Source: an uncultured Bacteroides sp.
GTDB lineage: Bacteria; Bacteroidota; Bacteroidia; Bacteroidales; JACABE01
Reading direction: 5' to 3'
NCBI GenBank assembly: GCA_964636105.1
Contig: CAZWRD010000001.1
Coordinates: forward strand, 21,917-85,916
DNA: 64,000 bases
The notes beneath the pieces are model-generated. The model searched no databases. It worked only from the letters and a program-made list of their open reading frames with translations, and was not told where the DNA came from. The position numbers and the translations under genes are program-made. Positions 9,693-18,600 of the stretch are shown one piece after another (positions within the stretch are counted from its first letter, which is position 1; each line of letters starts with the position of its first letter).

Positions 9693-10116
9693 AATTCGTA
9701 ATTCGTAAATAATTACCATCATAAGAAGTTCGGTAATGTTTCAAAGAGACATGGACAGGACCTTGATAAGGCGAACCATCGGTATAAATAAAATGAGAAC
9801 TGCAACACGAATCAATCATTGTAACATTTGAAGGCTCAACTTCAACCCTACACCCATTTTTATAATCATAGGGACATGCTCGATCGTAAGCAACAAATTC
9901 ATCCTGACTAAGACGAAACACAACAATACCATTATATCCACCTGTAAGATATTCCCAGCCTCCAATTACATTTAGTTTATAATATAAAGTAGAATTGGGT
10001 TGAATATAAAAATTCACATACATATAAGGTATTGTTTCAGATTCATCTTTTGAGCATGAATTGCCTAAAAACCCACTTAAAAACAACAAAAATAAAAAAA
10101 ACAATCTCCTTTTCAT
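9691..10116 (-). CDS. Small lipoprotein with degenerate Rieske-like Cys pattern
   Basis: Lipobox FLGNSC. The central YDRACPYDYKNGC ... DSCCSSHF ... GP resembles the two Rieske ligand loops (CxH, CxxH), but the first His is Tyr. Confidence 0.5.
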   Translation of the reverse strand: MKRRLFFLFLLFLSGFLGNSCSKDESETIPYMYVNFYIQPNSTLYYKLNVIGGWEYLTGGYNGIVVFRLSQDEFVAYDRACPYDYKNGCRVEVEPSNVTMIDSCCSSHFIYTDGSPYQGPVHVSLKHYRTSYDGNYLRITN

Positions 10117-10346
10117 CTGTTTATTTTTTAAATTATTTAATTGTCAGATGGAACTCGCCAAATAAACATCCTCCTGTGAGTGAATATTTTCTCATGGCTC
10201 GTTTCATCAATAAATATATTAATATATATACTAATGCAAAAATACAAATTAATTGCTAATATAATTTCCTAAAATTTTTTAGTTAAATTAATATTAACAG
10301 GCAACTACTTATCCAAAATAGATGTCATTATGTAAAATCTTTTTTA

Positions 10347-10354
10347 TAATTTTG
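10347..10354 (+). promoter_or_regulatory. -7 promoter box (TAatTTTG) upstream of paralog 2
   Basis: Exact TAnnTTTG, 13 nt upstream of the ATG at 10367 and 22 nt upstream of the ATG at 10376. Confidence 0.4.
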
Positions 10355-10366
10355 TAAACAATTATA

Positions 10367-12520
10367 ATGCTTAATATGAGAAAAATAATTTTTGCCTTAT
10401 CTATCGGAATCTTTTTTATGTTTTCAGCAAAAAGCGTAAAATCACAGTTTATGCTTACCGCAATGGTTGATACAATTCCAACAGATACAGTACATAGATG
10501 CATAAATCAAATTTTGGATTTAAACTCTGCAGGCTCTGCTAATTTCCTGATGAATAACAACTTCAACAATCAAAGTTTAGGAGTGGGTTGGTCAAATTTA
10601 GATGCTAATCCAGTTTTTAATAACCCTTGCCAATGCCCTTTTGTTGGAGGTGTGCCTCCAACAACTTGTAATACCGGTGTACCTGGACAATTAGGACCGA
10701 ACGGATCTTATGCTTGGGTAGGTACAACTGCAGCAACAAATAGAACCTTGGTTACTCAAACATATGATTTAACTACATATCAAGCAATTGGAGGCTGTAA
10801 GATAAAATGGTGGATGATGTATGGTATTACCTCTAATGCAGGTTCTTGCGAAGATCCCGATGCAACAGATGAAGGTGTTCATCTACAATACTCAACAAAT
10901 AATGGTGCAACATGGACAGATTTTCCTGGAGGAACAAATAATTATCCAGTTGGGAACTTATCGCCTACTCCACCATTTAACACTACGACAATGGGATTTG
11001 GAGGATATTGGACACCATATGGTTCAACAAGCCAACAACAACAAAGCACTGCATACTTCTGGAATCTTTACCAAAATAATGTTCCCGCAATCGCATATAC
11101 AAATCAAACCAAATTTAGATGGGCACAGTTGGCTACTTCAAGTACAGGTTATGATTCTTGGGGTATTGATGAAGTTGAAATTACATGTCCTACCAATCCA
11201 TTTATTCAATGGGAATGTTTAGAAATTCCTACATGGTCGTTTAGCAATTTTAATCCTCCTCCTTTTGTTTGTACTCAAGCAGGCACTTTTCATTATGTAG
11301 TAACTTTAGTTGACTTAAACACTGGAAATTCTGTTTCAGACACCATCGTTGCTATTGTTCACAATCCAAGTGTTGACATTAATGCTGGAGCCTCAAATGT
11401 TGCCATTTGTATTGGAGATACTACAACATTGTTCTCTTATGGAAATGGTCTTAGCAATTATAATTGGAACACCAACCCTGTTGTCTTTAATGATTCAGTA
11501 AAAGTAAATCCTATTGTAAACACTTCTTATGTTGTTACTGCTCAGGACATGTACAATTGCATTATTCATGATACAATTTCTGTTATTGTAAACCCATTAC
11601 CAGTAATTACAACAACCAATGGTAGTGCATGTATAGGTGATACAATTGTATTATCAGTAAATGGAGGTTCAACATATTTATGGAACAACGGAGCAACAAC
11701 TGCTTCAATATCTGTTGCACCATCATCACCAACAACAACTTATGGAGTTACAGTTTTAACAGCAGAAGGTTGTAAAGATACTTCTTCAGCTGTTGCAACA
11801 ATTTTACCCAAACCAACTATCCAACTAACTGATAATACTACAATTTGTATGGGTGATAGTGCCACATTAACTGCAAGTGGTGGCACCGTTTATTTATGGA
11901 ATACAACAGAAACAACACCAAGTATTAAAGTAAGCCCAACAACGCTAACGTCTTATACAGTTGCTGTTACGGATGCAAATGGCTGTTTTGATTCAAAATC
12001 TGTTGATGTTGATGCAATTGCTTTACCAACACCACTTATAATGCAAGAAGTTGATACCATTTGTAAAGGAACATCCACAACATTAATTGCAAGTGGAGGA
12101 AGCTCATACTTATGGAATACCGGAGAAACCGTTTCTACTATATTAATTGCGCCTTATATGTCATCTTTTTATTCTGTTACGGTAAGCAATACATTAAACA
12201 ACGTTACATGTTCTGCTACAGCCAACACAAAAATGAATGTAAGAAACTGTAATCTTATTTTTGTACCAAATTCTTTTGTCCCATTTGGTTATAATACAAT
12301 TTTTAAACCTTCAGGAGAATTAAAAGCTGCAAGAAATTATTCCTTCCAGATTTTCAATAGATGGGGACAACTTATATATGAAACCAATGATACAGAAAAA
12401 GGATGGGACGGTAGATTAAACGGAGAATATGTTCCAGCTGGTGCTTATGTTTATTATCTGAAATTTGACAATGTTGATGATAAATTTGAAAAAATTGGGA
12501 CTGTAACTGTAATATTCTAA
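10367..12520 (+). CDS. Secreted surface protein with T9SS type B C-terminal sorting domain (paralog 2)
   Basis: Same architecture as 7576..9639. The N-terminal domain starts QFMLTAMVDTIPTD and ends DSWGIDEVEITCP. The SGG..Y.W repeats follow, and the last 133 aa are identical to paralog 1. The alternative start at 10376 (MRKIIF) is equally plausible. Confidence 0.85.
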   Translation: MLNMRKIIFALSIGIFFMFSAKSVKSQFMLTAMVDTIPTDTVHRCINQILDLNSAGSANFLMNNNFNNQSLGVGWSNLDANPVFNNPCQCPFVGGVPPTTCNTGVPGQLGPNGSYAWVGTTAATNRTLVTQTYDLTTYQAIGGCKIKWWMMYGITSNAGSCEDPDATDEGVHLQYSTNNGATWTDFPGGTNNYPVGNLSPTPPFNTTTMGFGGYWTPYGSTSQQQQSTAYFWNLYQNNVPAIAYTNQTKFRWAQLATSSTGYDSWGIDEVEITCPTNPFIQWECLEIPTWSFSNFNPPPFVCTQAGTFHYVVTLVDLNTGNSVSDTIVAIVHNPSVDINAGASNVAICIGDTTTLFSYGNGLSNYNWNTNPVVFNDSVKVNPIVNTSYVVTAQDMYNCIIHDTISVIVNPLPVITTTNGSACIGDTIVLSVNGGSTYLWNNGATTASISVAPSSPTTTYGVTVLTAEGCKDTSSAVATILPKPTIQLTDNTTICMGDSATLTASGGTVYLWNTTETTPSIKVSPTTLTSYTVAVTDANGCFDSKSVDVDAIALPTPLIMQEVDTICKGTSTTLIASGGSSYLWNTGETVSTILIAPYMSSFYSVTVSNTLNNVTCSATANTKMNVRNCNLIFVPNSFVPFGYNTIFKPSGELKAARNYSFQIFNRWGQLIYETNDTEKGWDGRLNGEYVPAGAYVYYLKFDNVDDKFEKIGTVTVIF

Positions 12521-12521
12521 C
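12050..12521 (+). repeat. Near-identical duplicated segment, copy B (3' end of paralog 2)
   Basis: Partner of 9169-9640: 3 mismatches in 472 bp, with the last 397 bp identical. Confidence 0.9.
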
Positions 12522-12536
12522 ATAACAACATTCAAT

Positions 12537-12572
12537 AAAAAAAAAGAGTTGCAAAATTGCAACTCTTTTTTT
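12537..12572. terminator. Bidirectional rho-independent terminator (copy B of the duplicated hairpin)
   Basis: Same AGAGTTGC-AAAATT-GCAACTCT hairpin (12545-12566) as at 9663-9684, with flanking A and T runs. Confidence 0.75.
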
Positions 12573-12602
12573 ATTCCATTAAATGGAAAATAAAATTGAT
12601 TT

Positions 12603-13055
12603 TTAGTTTAAAAGTTCTTTCACAATAGCTGCAACTATTTTATTATCAGCCTTACCAGTTAATTGTTTACTGGCTAAACCCATAACTTTGCCCATATCTC
12701 TTACTCCACTTGCACCTGTTTCAGAAATAATTTGCTTTATAATATTTTTAATCTCATCCTCAGTAAGTTGTGCTGGCAAATATTTCTCTATAATAGAAAC
12801 TTGAAATATTTCTACATCATACAAATCATTTCTTCCTTGAGCCTTATAAACTTCAGCAGCTTCTTTGCGCTGTTTGATAAGCCTTTGTAATGTTTGTAAT
12901 TCCACTTCCTCAGGCACTTCTGCAGTTGCTGTATCTTTCCCAGTTTTTATGAGTAATAATGCAGCCTTAACAGCACGAAGAGCTTCTAACTTTTCTCTAT
13001 CTTTAGCAAGCATTGCTGCTTTGATATCGTCATTTATTATTAATTCTAAGCTCAT
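12603..13055 (-). CDS. yqeY: GatB/YqeY domain protein
   Basis: MSLELIINDDIKAAMLAKDREKLEALRAVKAALLL is a typical YqeY N-terminus. The ATG at 13055 lies 1 nt after the ftsZ stop. Confidence 0.85.
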   Translation of the reverse strand: MSLELIINDDIKAAMLAKDREKLEALRAVKAALLLIKTGKDTATAEVPEEVELQTLQRLIKQRKEAAEVYKAQGRNDLYDVEIFQVSIIEKYLPAQLTEDEIKNIIKQIISETGASGVRDMGKVMGLASKQLTGKADNKIVAAIVKELLN

Positions 13056-13056
13056 A

Positions 13057-14637
13057 TTAATCAACATTATCGTGTAAAAAAGAATTATTTGATCTTATTT
13101 CAACTTTTTTATCTCCATTATCTGATAAAGTATATCTTGAAATTTCAGATTCGGAAGAAGAAGGAATATCAGCTAATGGCACATTCCTACGAACATATGC
13201 TGGTTGATTTTCAATTTCAGACAAACCTTCAGGTGTTTTTATTTTCATGCTTAAATCTCGCAAACGAGCTTTTCTTTCCTGAAGTTTTCTATCAATATCT
13301 TCCTCAGATATTTGAGATTCAGTAAAAAGATTGTCATTTAAATTCTGAACAACTTTAGGTGTTTCTGTTGGTTTAATAAAAACATAAGGACTTTCTTCCA
13401 AAACATTTTCTTCTTTTGCAGTTTCTTGCTGATTATAAGTAGGCTCTAAATATTGGGTAGAAGAAGTCGTAATGGTATTTTCAACTTTGAAAGAAGTAGT
13501 ATTATTATCAACAATGTCAATAGATTTATCAACAAAAGTTATTTCGTTCAACTGATCGTTACTTACTTTATTTTCAACAGGTTTTATTATAGGCTTATTT
13601 TCAACTGGAGATTCTAATGGAATGATTGTTTTTCGAGTAAATTTATTACTCTCCATTTCTAATTCTCTGCTTTTATCAAAACCAGTAGCAACCAGAGTAA
13701 TAGAAAGTTTCTCACCCAAAGAATCCTCTTTGCCTGCACCCCAGATAATATCAACATCAATACCAGCTTCATTTACAATATAGTCAGTAATTTCAGCAAT
13801 TTCATCCATAGTAACTTCGGCAGAACCGGAAGCAAAATAAAGTAAAATATTCTGAGCACCTCTAATATTATTATCATTTAATAATGGAGAATTGATAGCC
13901 ATTTCAATCGCTTTATAAGCTCTATTTTCACCTTCAGCAACACCAGAACCCATTAATGCAACACCGCTTTTTTTCATAACAGTATTTACATCTCTAAAAT
14001 CGATGTTTACAAATGCTTTTACAGTAATAATTTCAGCAATACCTTTGGCTGCAGTTGCAAGAATATTATCAGCTTTCTCGAAAGCCTTACCTAAAGGTAA
14101 ATCTCCAAATTCACGTAATTTATCATTATTGATAACCAGAATAGCATCAACATGTTTTCTTAGTTCTTTAATTCCTTCCTCTGCTTGTAATTTTCTTTTT
14201 CTACCTTCAAAAGAAAAAGGAAGTGTAACAATAGCAACTGTAAGTATTTTGTTTTCCTGATCATCAAGCAAGTCAATTTCTTTAGCAATTGCAGCAATAA
14301 CAGGAGCCGCACCAGTACCTGTACCACCACCCATTCCAGCAGTTATGAATAGCATTTGAGTGTTTTTTTCGAGTATTGCTTTAATCTCATCAGACTTTTC
14401 TTCTGCAGCTTTTTGAGCTACAGCAGGGATATTTCCAGCACCCAATCCTTTACCCAATTGAATCTTGGTTGGAATAGGACTGGAGTCCAAAGCTTGTGCA
14501 TCGGTATTGCAGATAATAAAATCTACTCCATTTATACCTTGATCAAACATAAAATTAACGGCATTACTACCTCCCCCTCCTACTCCAATAACCTTAATTA
14601 TGGATGACTGGTTTTTTGGCAAATCAACTTTTAACAT
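13057..14637 (-). CDS. ftsZ: Cell division GTPase FtsZ
   Basis: Motifs IKVIGVGGGGSNAVN and the tubulin signature GGGTGTGAAPV. A long disordered linker follows, then the conserved tail PAYVRR and the terminal NSFLHDNVD. Confidence 0.97.
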   Translation of the reverse strand: MLKVDLPKNQSSIIKVIGVGGGGSNAVNFMFDQGINGVDFIICNTDAQALDSSPIPTKIQLGKGLGAGNIPAVAQKAAEEKSDEIKAILEKNTQMLFITAGMGGGTGTGAAPVIAAIAKEIDLLDDQENKILTVAIVTLPFSFEGRKRKLQAEEGIKELRKHVDAILVINNDKLREFGDLPLGKAFEKADNILATAAKGIAEIITVKAFVNIDFRDVNTVMKKSGVALMGSGVAEGENRAYKAIEMAINSPLLNDNNIRGAQNILLYFASGSAEVTMDEIAEITDYIVNEAGIDVDIIWGAGKEDSLGEKLSITLVATGFDKSRELEMESNKFTRKTIIPLESPVENKPIIKPVENKVSNDQLNEITFVDKSIDIVDNNTTSFKVENTITTSSTQYLEPTYNQQETAKEENVLEESPYVFIKPTETPKVVQNLNDNLFTESQISEEDIDRKLQERKARLRDLSMKIKTPEGLSEIENQPAYVRRNVPLADIPSSSESEISRYTLSDNGDKKVEIRSNNSFLHDNVD

Positions 14638-14810
14638 GCTATATATGTTTATATTATAAAATGTATTTTCTTATTTATTTATCAAATTTTCAATATTATT
14701 TATAAAAAAAATCACTGATTTTAAAAACGAAAATTAAGCAGGATAAATTTATAAATAAATTTTTAATTTAAACAACTTTTGTTTTATTTTAGTTAACAAT
14801 TTGTTGTTAA

Positions 14811-16079
14811 TTACTTTACCTCATCATCAAAGAGCCCTTTAAACTTCTCAAGCAAGTTCAAAGAGCTTGGACGTCTGGGCTTTACCTCTGGTTTTGGATT
14901 ATTGGCATCCCTACTATTTTCTCTCTCTGTTCTTTCCAAACCTTTGATAACCAAACCAACTCCTGTTGAATAAATTGGGTTAGCCAATTCTTCTTTTGCA
15001 TTACTTGAAAGATGCTCATTTGGATAACCGATTCGTGTATCCATTCCTGTCATAAATTCAGTAAGTTGCGATATATGTTTTAATAACGAACCTCCGCCAG
15101 TAATTACAATACCTGCAATTAATTTTTTCTCATAACCAGAACTCTTAATTTCGTACATCACATGTTCCAAAATTTCTTCCATGCGAGCCTGAATAATGTT
15201 AGCAAGATTTTTCAATGAGATTTCTTTTGCTTGCCTGCCTCTTAAACCAGGTATTGCCACAATTTCTTCATCCCTATTTTCGCTAGCCAATGCAGAACCA
15301 AATTTGGTTTTCAAAGCTTCTGCTTGGCTTTTAATAATGGTACAACCTTCTTTAACATCTTCAGTTATAATATTTCCACCAAGAGGAATAACGGCTGTAT
15401 GTCTGATAATACCATCTTGAAAAATTGCCAAATCAGTGGTACCACCACCAATATCAACCAAAGCTACACCTGCTTCTTTTTCACGTTCATCTAAAACCGC
15501 ATCTGCCGAAGCTAATGGTTCAAGTATCAATTCCTTAACTTCAAGATTTGCCTTTTTAACGCTTCTTAAAATATTCTTTATAGCAGAAACTTGCCCTGTA
15601 ATTATATGAAAATTAGCTTCTAAACAAACTCCAAAAATACCTATTGGTTGCTTTATACCTTGTTCATTATCAATAATAAATTCTTGAGGAATTACATCAA
15701 TTATTTCTTCGCCTGGTTTCATTACCAATTTATGCATGTTTTCGATAAGTGCATCAACATCTTTTTGAGAAATTTCTTCTTCAGACGAATTTCTAAGTAT
15801 ATTACCTCTTTGCTGTAAACTTTTAATATGCTGACCAGCAATACCAACATATACTTCACAAATTTCAACTTCTGATAATTCTTCAGCTTGTTGAACGGCT
15901 GCACGTATAGATTCTGCTGTTCTTTCAATATTAATTACCGAACCACGCATAACACCTACTGAATCGGTTTTCCCTGATCCTAAAATTTCGATTTTCCCAT
16001 GAATGTCTTTTCTTCCAACAATAACTGCAATTTTTGTTGTCCCGATATCGAGACCTACAATGATTTCACTCTGGCTCAT
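14811..16079 (-). CDS. ftsA: Cell division protein FtsA
   Basis: Actin-fold motifs VGLDIGTTKIAVIVG, VDIGGGTTDLAIF and ITGGGSLL. Its position between ftsQ and ftsZ also fits. Confidence 0.95.
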   Translation of the reverse strand: MSQSEIIVGLDIGTTKIAVIVGRKDIHGKIEILGSGKTDSVGVMRGSVINIERTAESIRAAVQQAEELSEVEICEVYVGIAGQHIKSLQQRGNILRNSSEEEISQKDVDALIENMHKLVMKPGEEIIDVIPQEFIIDNEQGIKQPIGIFGVCLEANFHIITGQVSAIKNILRSVKKANLEVKELILEPLASADAVLDEREKEAGVALVDIGGGTTDLAIFQDGIIRHTAVIPLGGNIITEDVKEGCTIIKSQAEALKTKFGSALASENRDEEIVAIPGLRGRQAKEISLKNLANIIQARMEEILEHVMYEIKSSGYEKKLIAGIVITGGGSLLKHISQLTEFMTGMDTRIGYPNEHLSSNAKEELANPIYSTGVGLVIKGLERTERENSRDANNPKPEVKPRRPSSLNLLEKFKGLFDDEVK

Positions 16080-16091
16080 ATACTTACAAAT

Positions 16092-16928
16092 TTAATTTTT
16101 AATATTTCCTGAAGCAATATTTGTCACTAAATCGCTCCGTTTGGTACAAACTACCTGATTATTATATTTCAGGTTAATAATGCTATATTTATCCCAACCT
16201 ATTTTGTTGAATCCATCTTTGTATAAAACCATTAATTTACTAAACTTATCTTCCAGATTATCAATGCTTCCAAATACAATAATTTGGTCGCCTAATTTAG
16301 GAAATAATTCGATTTCTTTATGCTCATTAACAAAAATTTCTTCAATTTGTGCATTAAAAAAATCATTTCTGCTCAAAAATTCTGCAATTTTAAAAACACT
16401 ATACAAAACAGTATCTTTTGCAAGATTTATTGTATCATTTCTCAGTGTAGAAACCGTCGAAATAAAAGGTGTATATACAGAAGAAACATTTCCATTTACA
16501 ACAACTACTCTAGCCGGACAAGCTAATTTTACAGGCATCTTAACACCCATATCATCTAAATAAAACTGCTGATTTTGTTTGTTAATTATTCTTACCAAAG
16601 GCTTCCTCTGAATTAGTTTAATATTTACATCAGCATTAAAACTCACAAACACTTCAGCTTGTAATACATATGGATTGTCATTCAAAATACTTTCAATTAA
16701 TTGTTCATCAATTTCGGAAATCGTTTTACCAATTATCGAGTCGCTTTTGCTTATCAAATATGTTCTTATTTCATCCTCTGTTATAAACGACTCAGAACCT
16801 CTATAATCTATACTAATTTCCATAGACTTACAAACTTTGTTCTGATGATAAATCCCAGTGAGAACCAATCCAACAATTACACTTATTGCTAAAGTTACCC
16901 ATAAAGCTATTTTTAATATCTTGTTCAT
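16092..16928 (-). CDS. ftsQ: Cell division protein FtsQ (POTRA domain)
   Basis: Single N-terminal TM, followed by POTRA-like and FtsQ-like regions. Its position in the dcw cluster fits, and its start overlaps the murC stop (ATGA). Confidence 0.8.
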   Translation of the reverse strand: MNKILKIALWVTLAISVIVGLVLTGIYHQNKVCKSMEISIDYRGSESFITEDEIRTYLISKSDSIIGKTISEIDEQLIESILNDNPYVLQAEVFVSFNADVNIKLIQRKPLVRIINKQNQQFYLDDMGVKMPVKLACPARVVVVNGNVSSVYTPFISTVSTLRNDTINLAKDTVLYSVFKIAEFLSRNDFFNAQIEEIFVNEHKEIELFPKLGDQIIVFGSIDNLEDKFSKLMVLYKDGFNKIGWDKYSIINLKYNNQVVCTKRSDLVTNIASGNIKN

Positions 16929-18277
16929 ATACCAAATTTATTTTCAATGAGTTCAACTAATTGATCAATATCACCCGCCCCTAAAGTTAAAAGTACTTCA
17001 GGTGTTTTTTTATCTAAAAACTTTAAAACTTGGGATTTGTCAAATAAATATTTTTCAGTGCTATTAATTTTATCCAAAAGCATTTGCGATGTAATTCCAG
17101 GTATAGGAAGTTCTCTTGCAGGATAAATATCCAAAAGGATAACAGTATCAAGAAGTTCAAGACTTCTAGCAAATTCATCAGCAAAATCTCTTGTACGACT
17201 AAATAAATGAGGTTGAAAAATTCCTGTAATTTTTTTACCAACATATAAACTTCTAACGGATGAAATACAAGCTTTTAACTCTTCGGGATGATGAGCATAA
17301 TCATCAATATATGTAAAACTATCTGACTTTATTCTGATATCAAAACGTCTGTTAACTCCTTTAAAACTAAAAATTGCATTTCTTATTTCATCAGATTTAA
17401 CTCCTGTTAATAAAGCAATAGAAATGGCAAGTACGGCATTTTCAACATTATGCATACCTGGATAATTCATTTTTAAATTGAGAATGGTTTCAAAAGGCGA
17501 AACAAAATCGAATAAATAGGAAGCATTCTCTATTCTTATGTTTCTTGCATAGAAATCTGAATTACCGCTAAGTGAGTATGTATATGATTTAATATCAGAT
17601 GAGATATTTAAGTCCAATCCTTTTTTATAAATCAGAATACCATTCTTCTTCAGATTACCAATATATTCTTCAAAAGATTTTTTTAATTCCGATTTATCTC
17701 CATAAATATCAAGGTGATCAGCATCAATAGAACTAATAGTTGCAATATTTGGATGTAAAGTTAAAAAAGAACGATCAAACTCATCTGCCTCAATAACAAC
17801 ATATTCACTTTTTGAAGAAAGCAATAAATTACTTTGATAATTTTTAGAAATGCCACCTAAAAAAGCACTACAATCAACAACTGACTGCTTCAGCAAATGA
17901 GAAGTCATAGTAGAAATAGTTGTTTTACCATGAGTTCCAGCTATGCCAATTCCTTTAGAATTTTGGGTAATTAAACCCAAAACTTCTGATCTCTTATATA
18001 AATTAAAATTATTCTCTTTAAAAAAAATCAATTCTTTATGATCTGACGGAATTGCAGGCGTATATATCACAATATCAATATCATTTTCAAGTAAAGCTAA
18101 ATCTTCTTCAAAATGAATTTGAATTCCTTCTTTTTGAAGCTGAATGGTTAATGCTGTAACGGTCTTATCATAACCAGATACTTTTATGCCTTTTGCCATA
18201 AAATATCTGGCAATAGCACTCATACCAATACCTCCGATACCCAAAAAATATATATGTTTTAATTTACCAAAATCCAT
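16925..18277 (-). CDS. murC: UDP-N-acetylmuramate--L-alanine ligase
   Basis: Motifs HIYFLGIGGIGMSAIA and GIAGTHGKTTISTM, plus Mur ligase middle and C-terminal domains. I prefer the ATG at 18277 (MDFGKLK) over 18301, which would overlap the upstream gene. Confidence 0.93.
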   Translation of the reverse strand: MDFGKLKHIYFLGIGGIGMSAIARYFMAKGIKVSGYDKTVTALTIQLQKEGIQIHFEEDLALLENDIDIVIYTPAIPSDHKELIFFKENNFNLYKRSEVLGLITQNSKGIGIAGTHGKTTISTMTSHLLKQSVVDCSAFLGGISKNYQSNLLLSSKSEYVVIEADEFDRSFLTLHPNIATISSIDADHLDIYGDKSELKKSFEEYIGNLKKNGILIYKKGLDLNISSDIKSYTYSLSGNSDFYARNIRIENASYLFDFVSPFETILNLKMNYPGMHNVENAVLAISIALLTGVKSDEIRNAIFSFKGVNRRFDIRIKSDSFTYIDDYAHHPEELKACISSVRSLYVGKKITGIFQPHLFSRTRDFADEFARSLELLDTVILLDIYPARELPIPGITSQMLLDKINSTEKYLFDKSQVLKFLDKKTPEVLLTLGAGDIDQLVELIENKFGI

Positions 18278-18281
18278 AGTT

Positions 18282-18596
18282 TTAATTTTCAGTTTGATCA
18301 TAAATATTTAAAACATCTTCCAAACAATGCGATATGCCTTTTAATCCACAAACAGTTAATGACAATAAAACAGTATCCAATACTTCGTCACGGCTAGCTC
18401 CAGCCTTTTTTGCCATAGGAACGTGATATTTAATAGCTACAAAATCAGAAGTAACAATTTTCATTGCAATATAAATCAATTGTTTCGTTTTTGGCTCAAG
18501 ACCCTGAGTTTTTATCAATGACATAATCAATTGATTATATGCGTCGGCAACATCTGGAGCTTCTTTTTGAAAAATTAATAAAGGATTCTTTTCCAT
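18282..18596 (-). CDS. Carboxymuconolactone decarboxylase (CMD/AhpD-like) family protein inserted in the dcw cluster
   Basis: 104 aa. LEPKTKQLIYIAMKIVTSDFVAIKYHVPMAKKAGASRDEVLDTVLLSLTVCG resembles the CMD helical core. It is packed 4 nt from both the murG stop and the murC start. Confidence 0.6.
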   Translation of the reverse strand: MEKNPLLIFQKEAPDVADAYNQLIMSLIKTQGLEPKTKQLIYIAMKIVTSDFVAIKYHVPMAKKAGASRDEVLDTVLLSLTVCGLKGISHCLEDVLNIYDQTEN

Positions 18597-18600
18597 ACAA

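Noticed and set aside
8066-11222. Alternative-frame sense ORFs inside the two type B cargo genes (8066..8329 and 10821..11222).
   Set aside because: They are out of frame with well-supported domain-bearing frames. Their translations have no recognisable features and start inside conserved domains.
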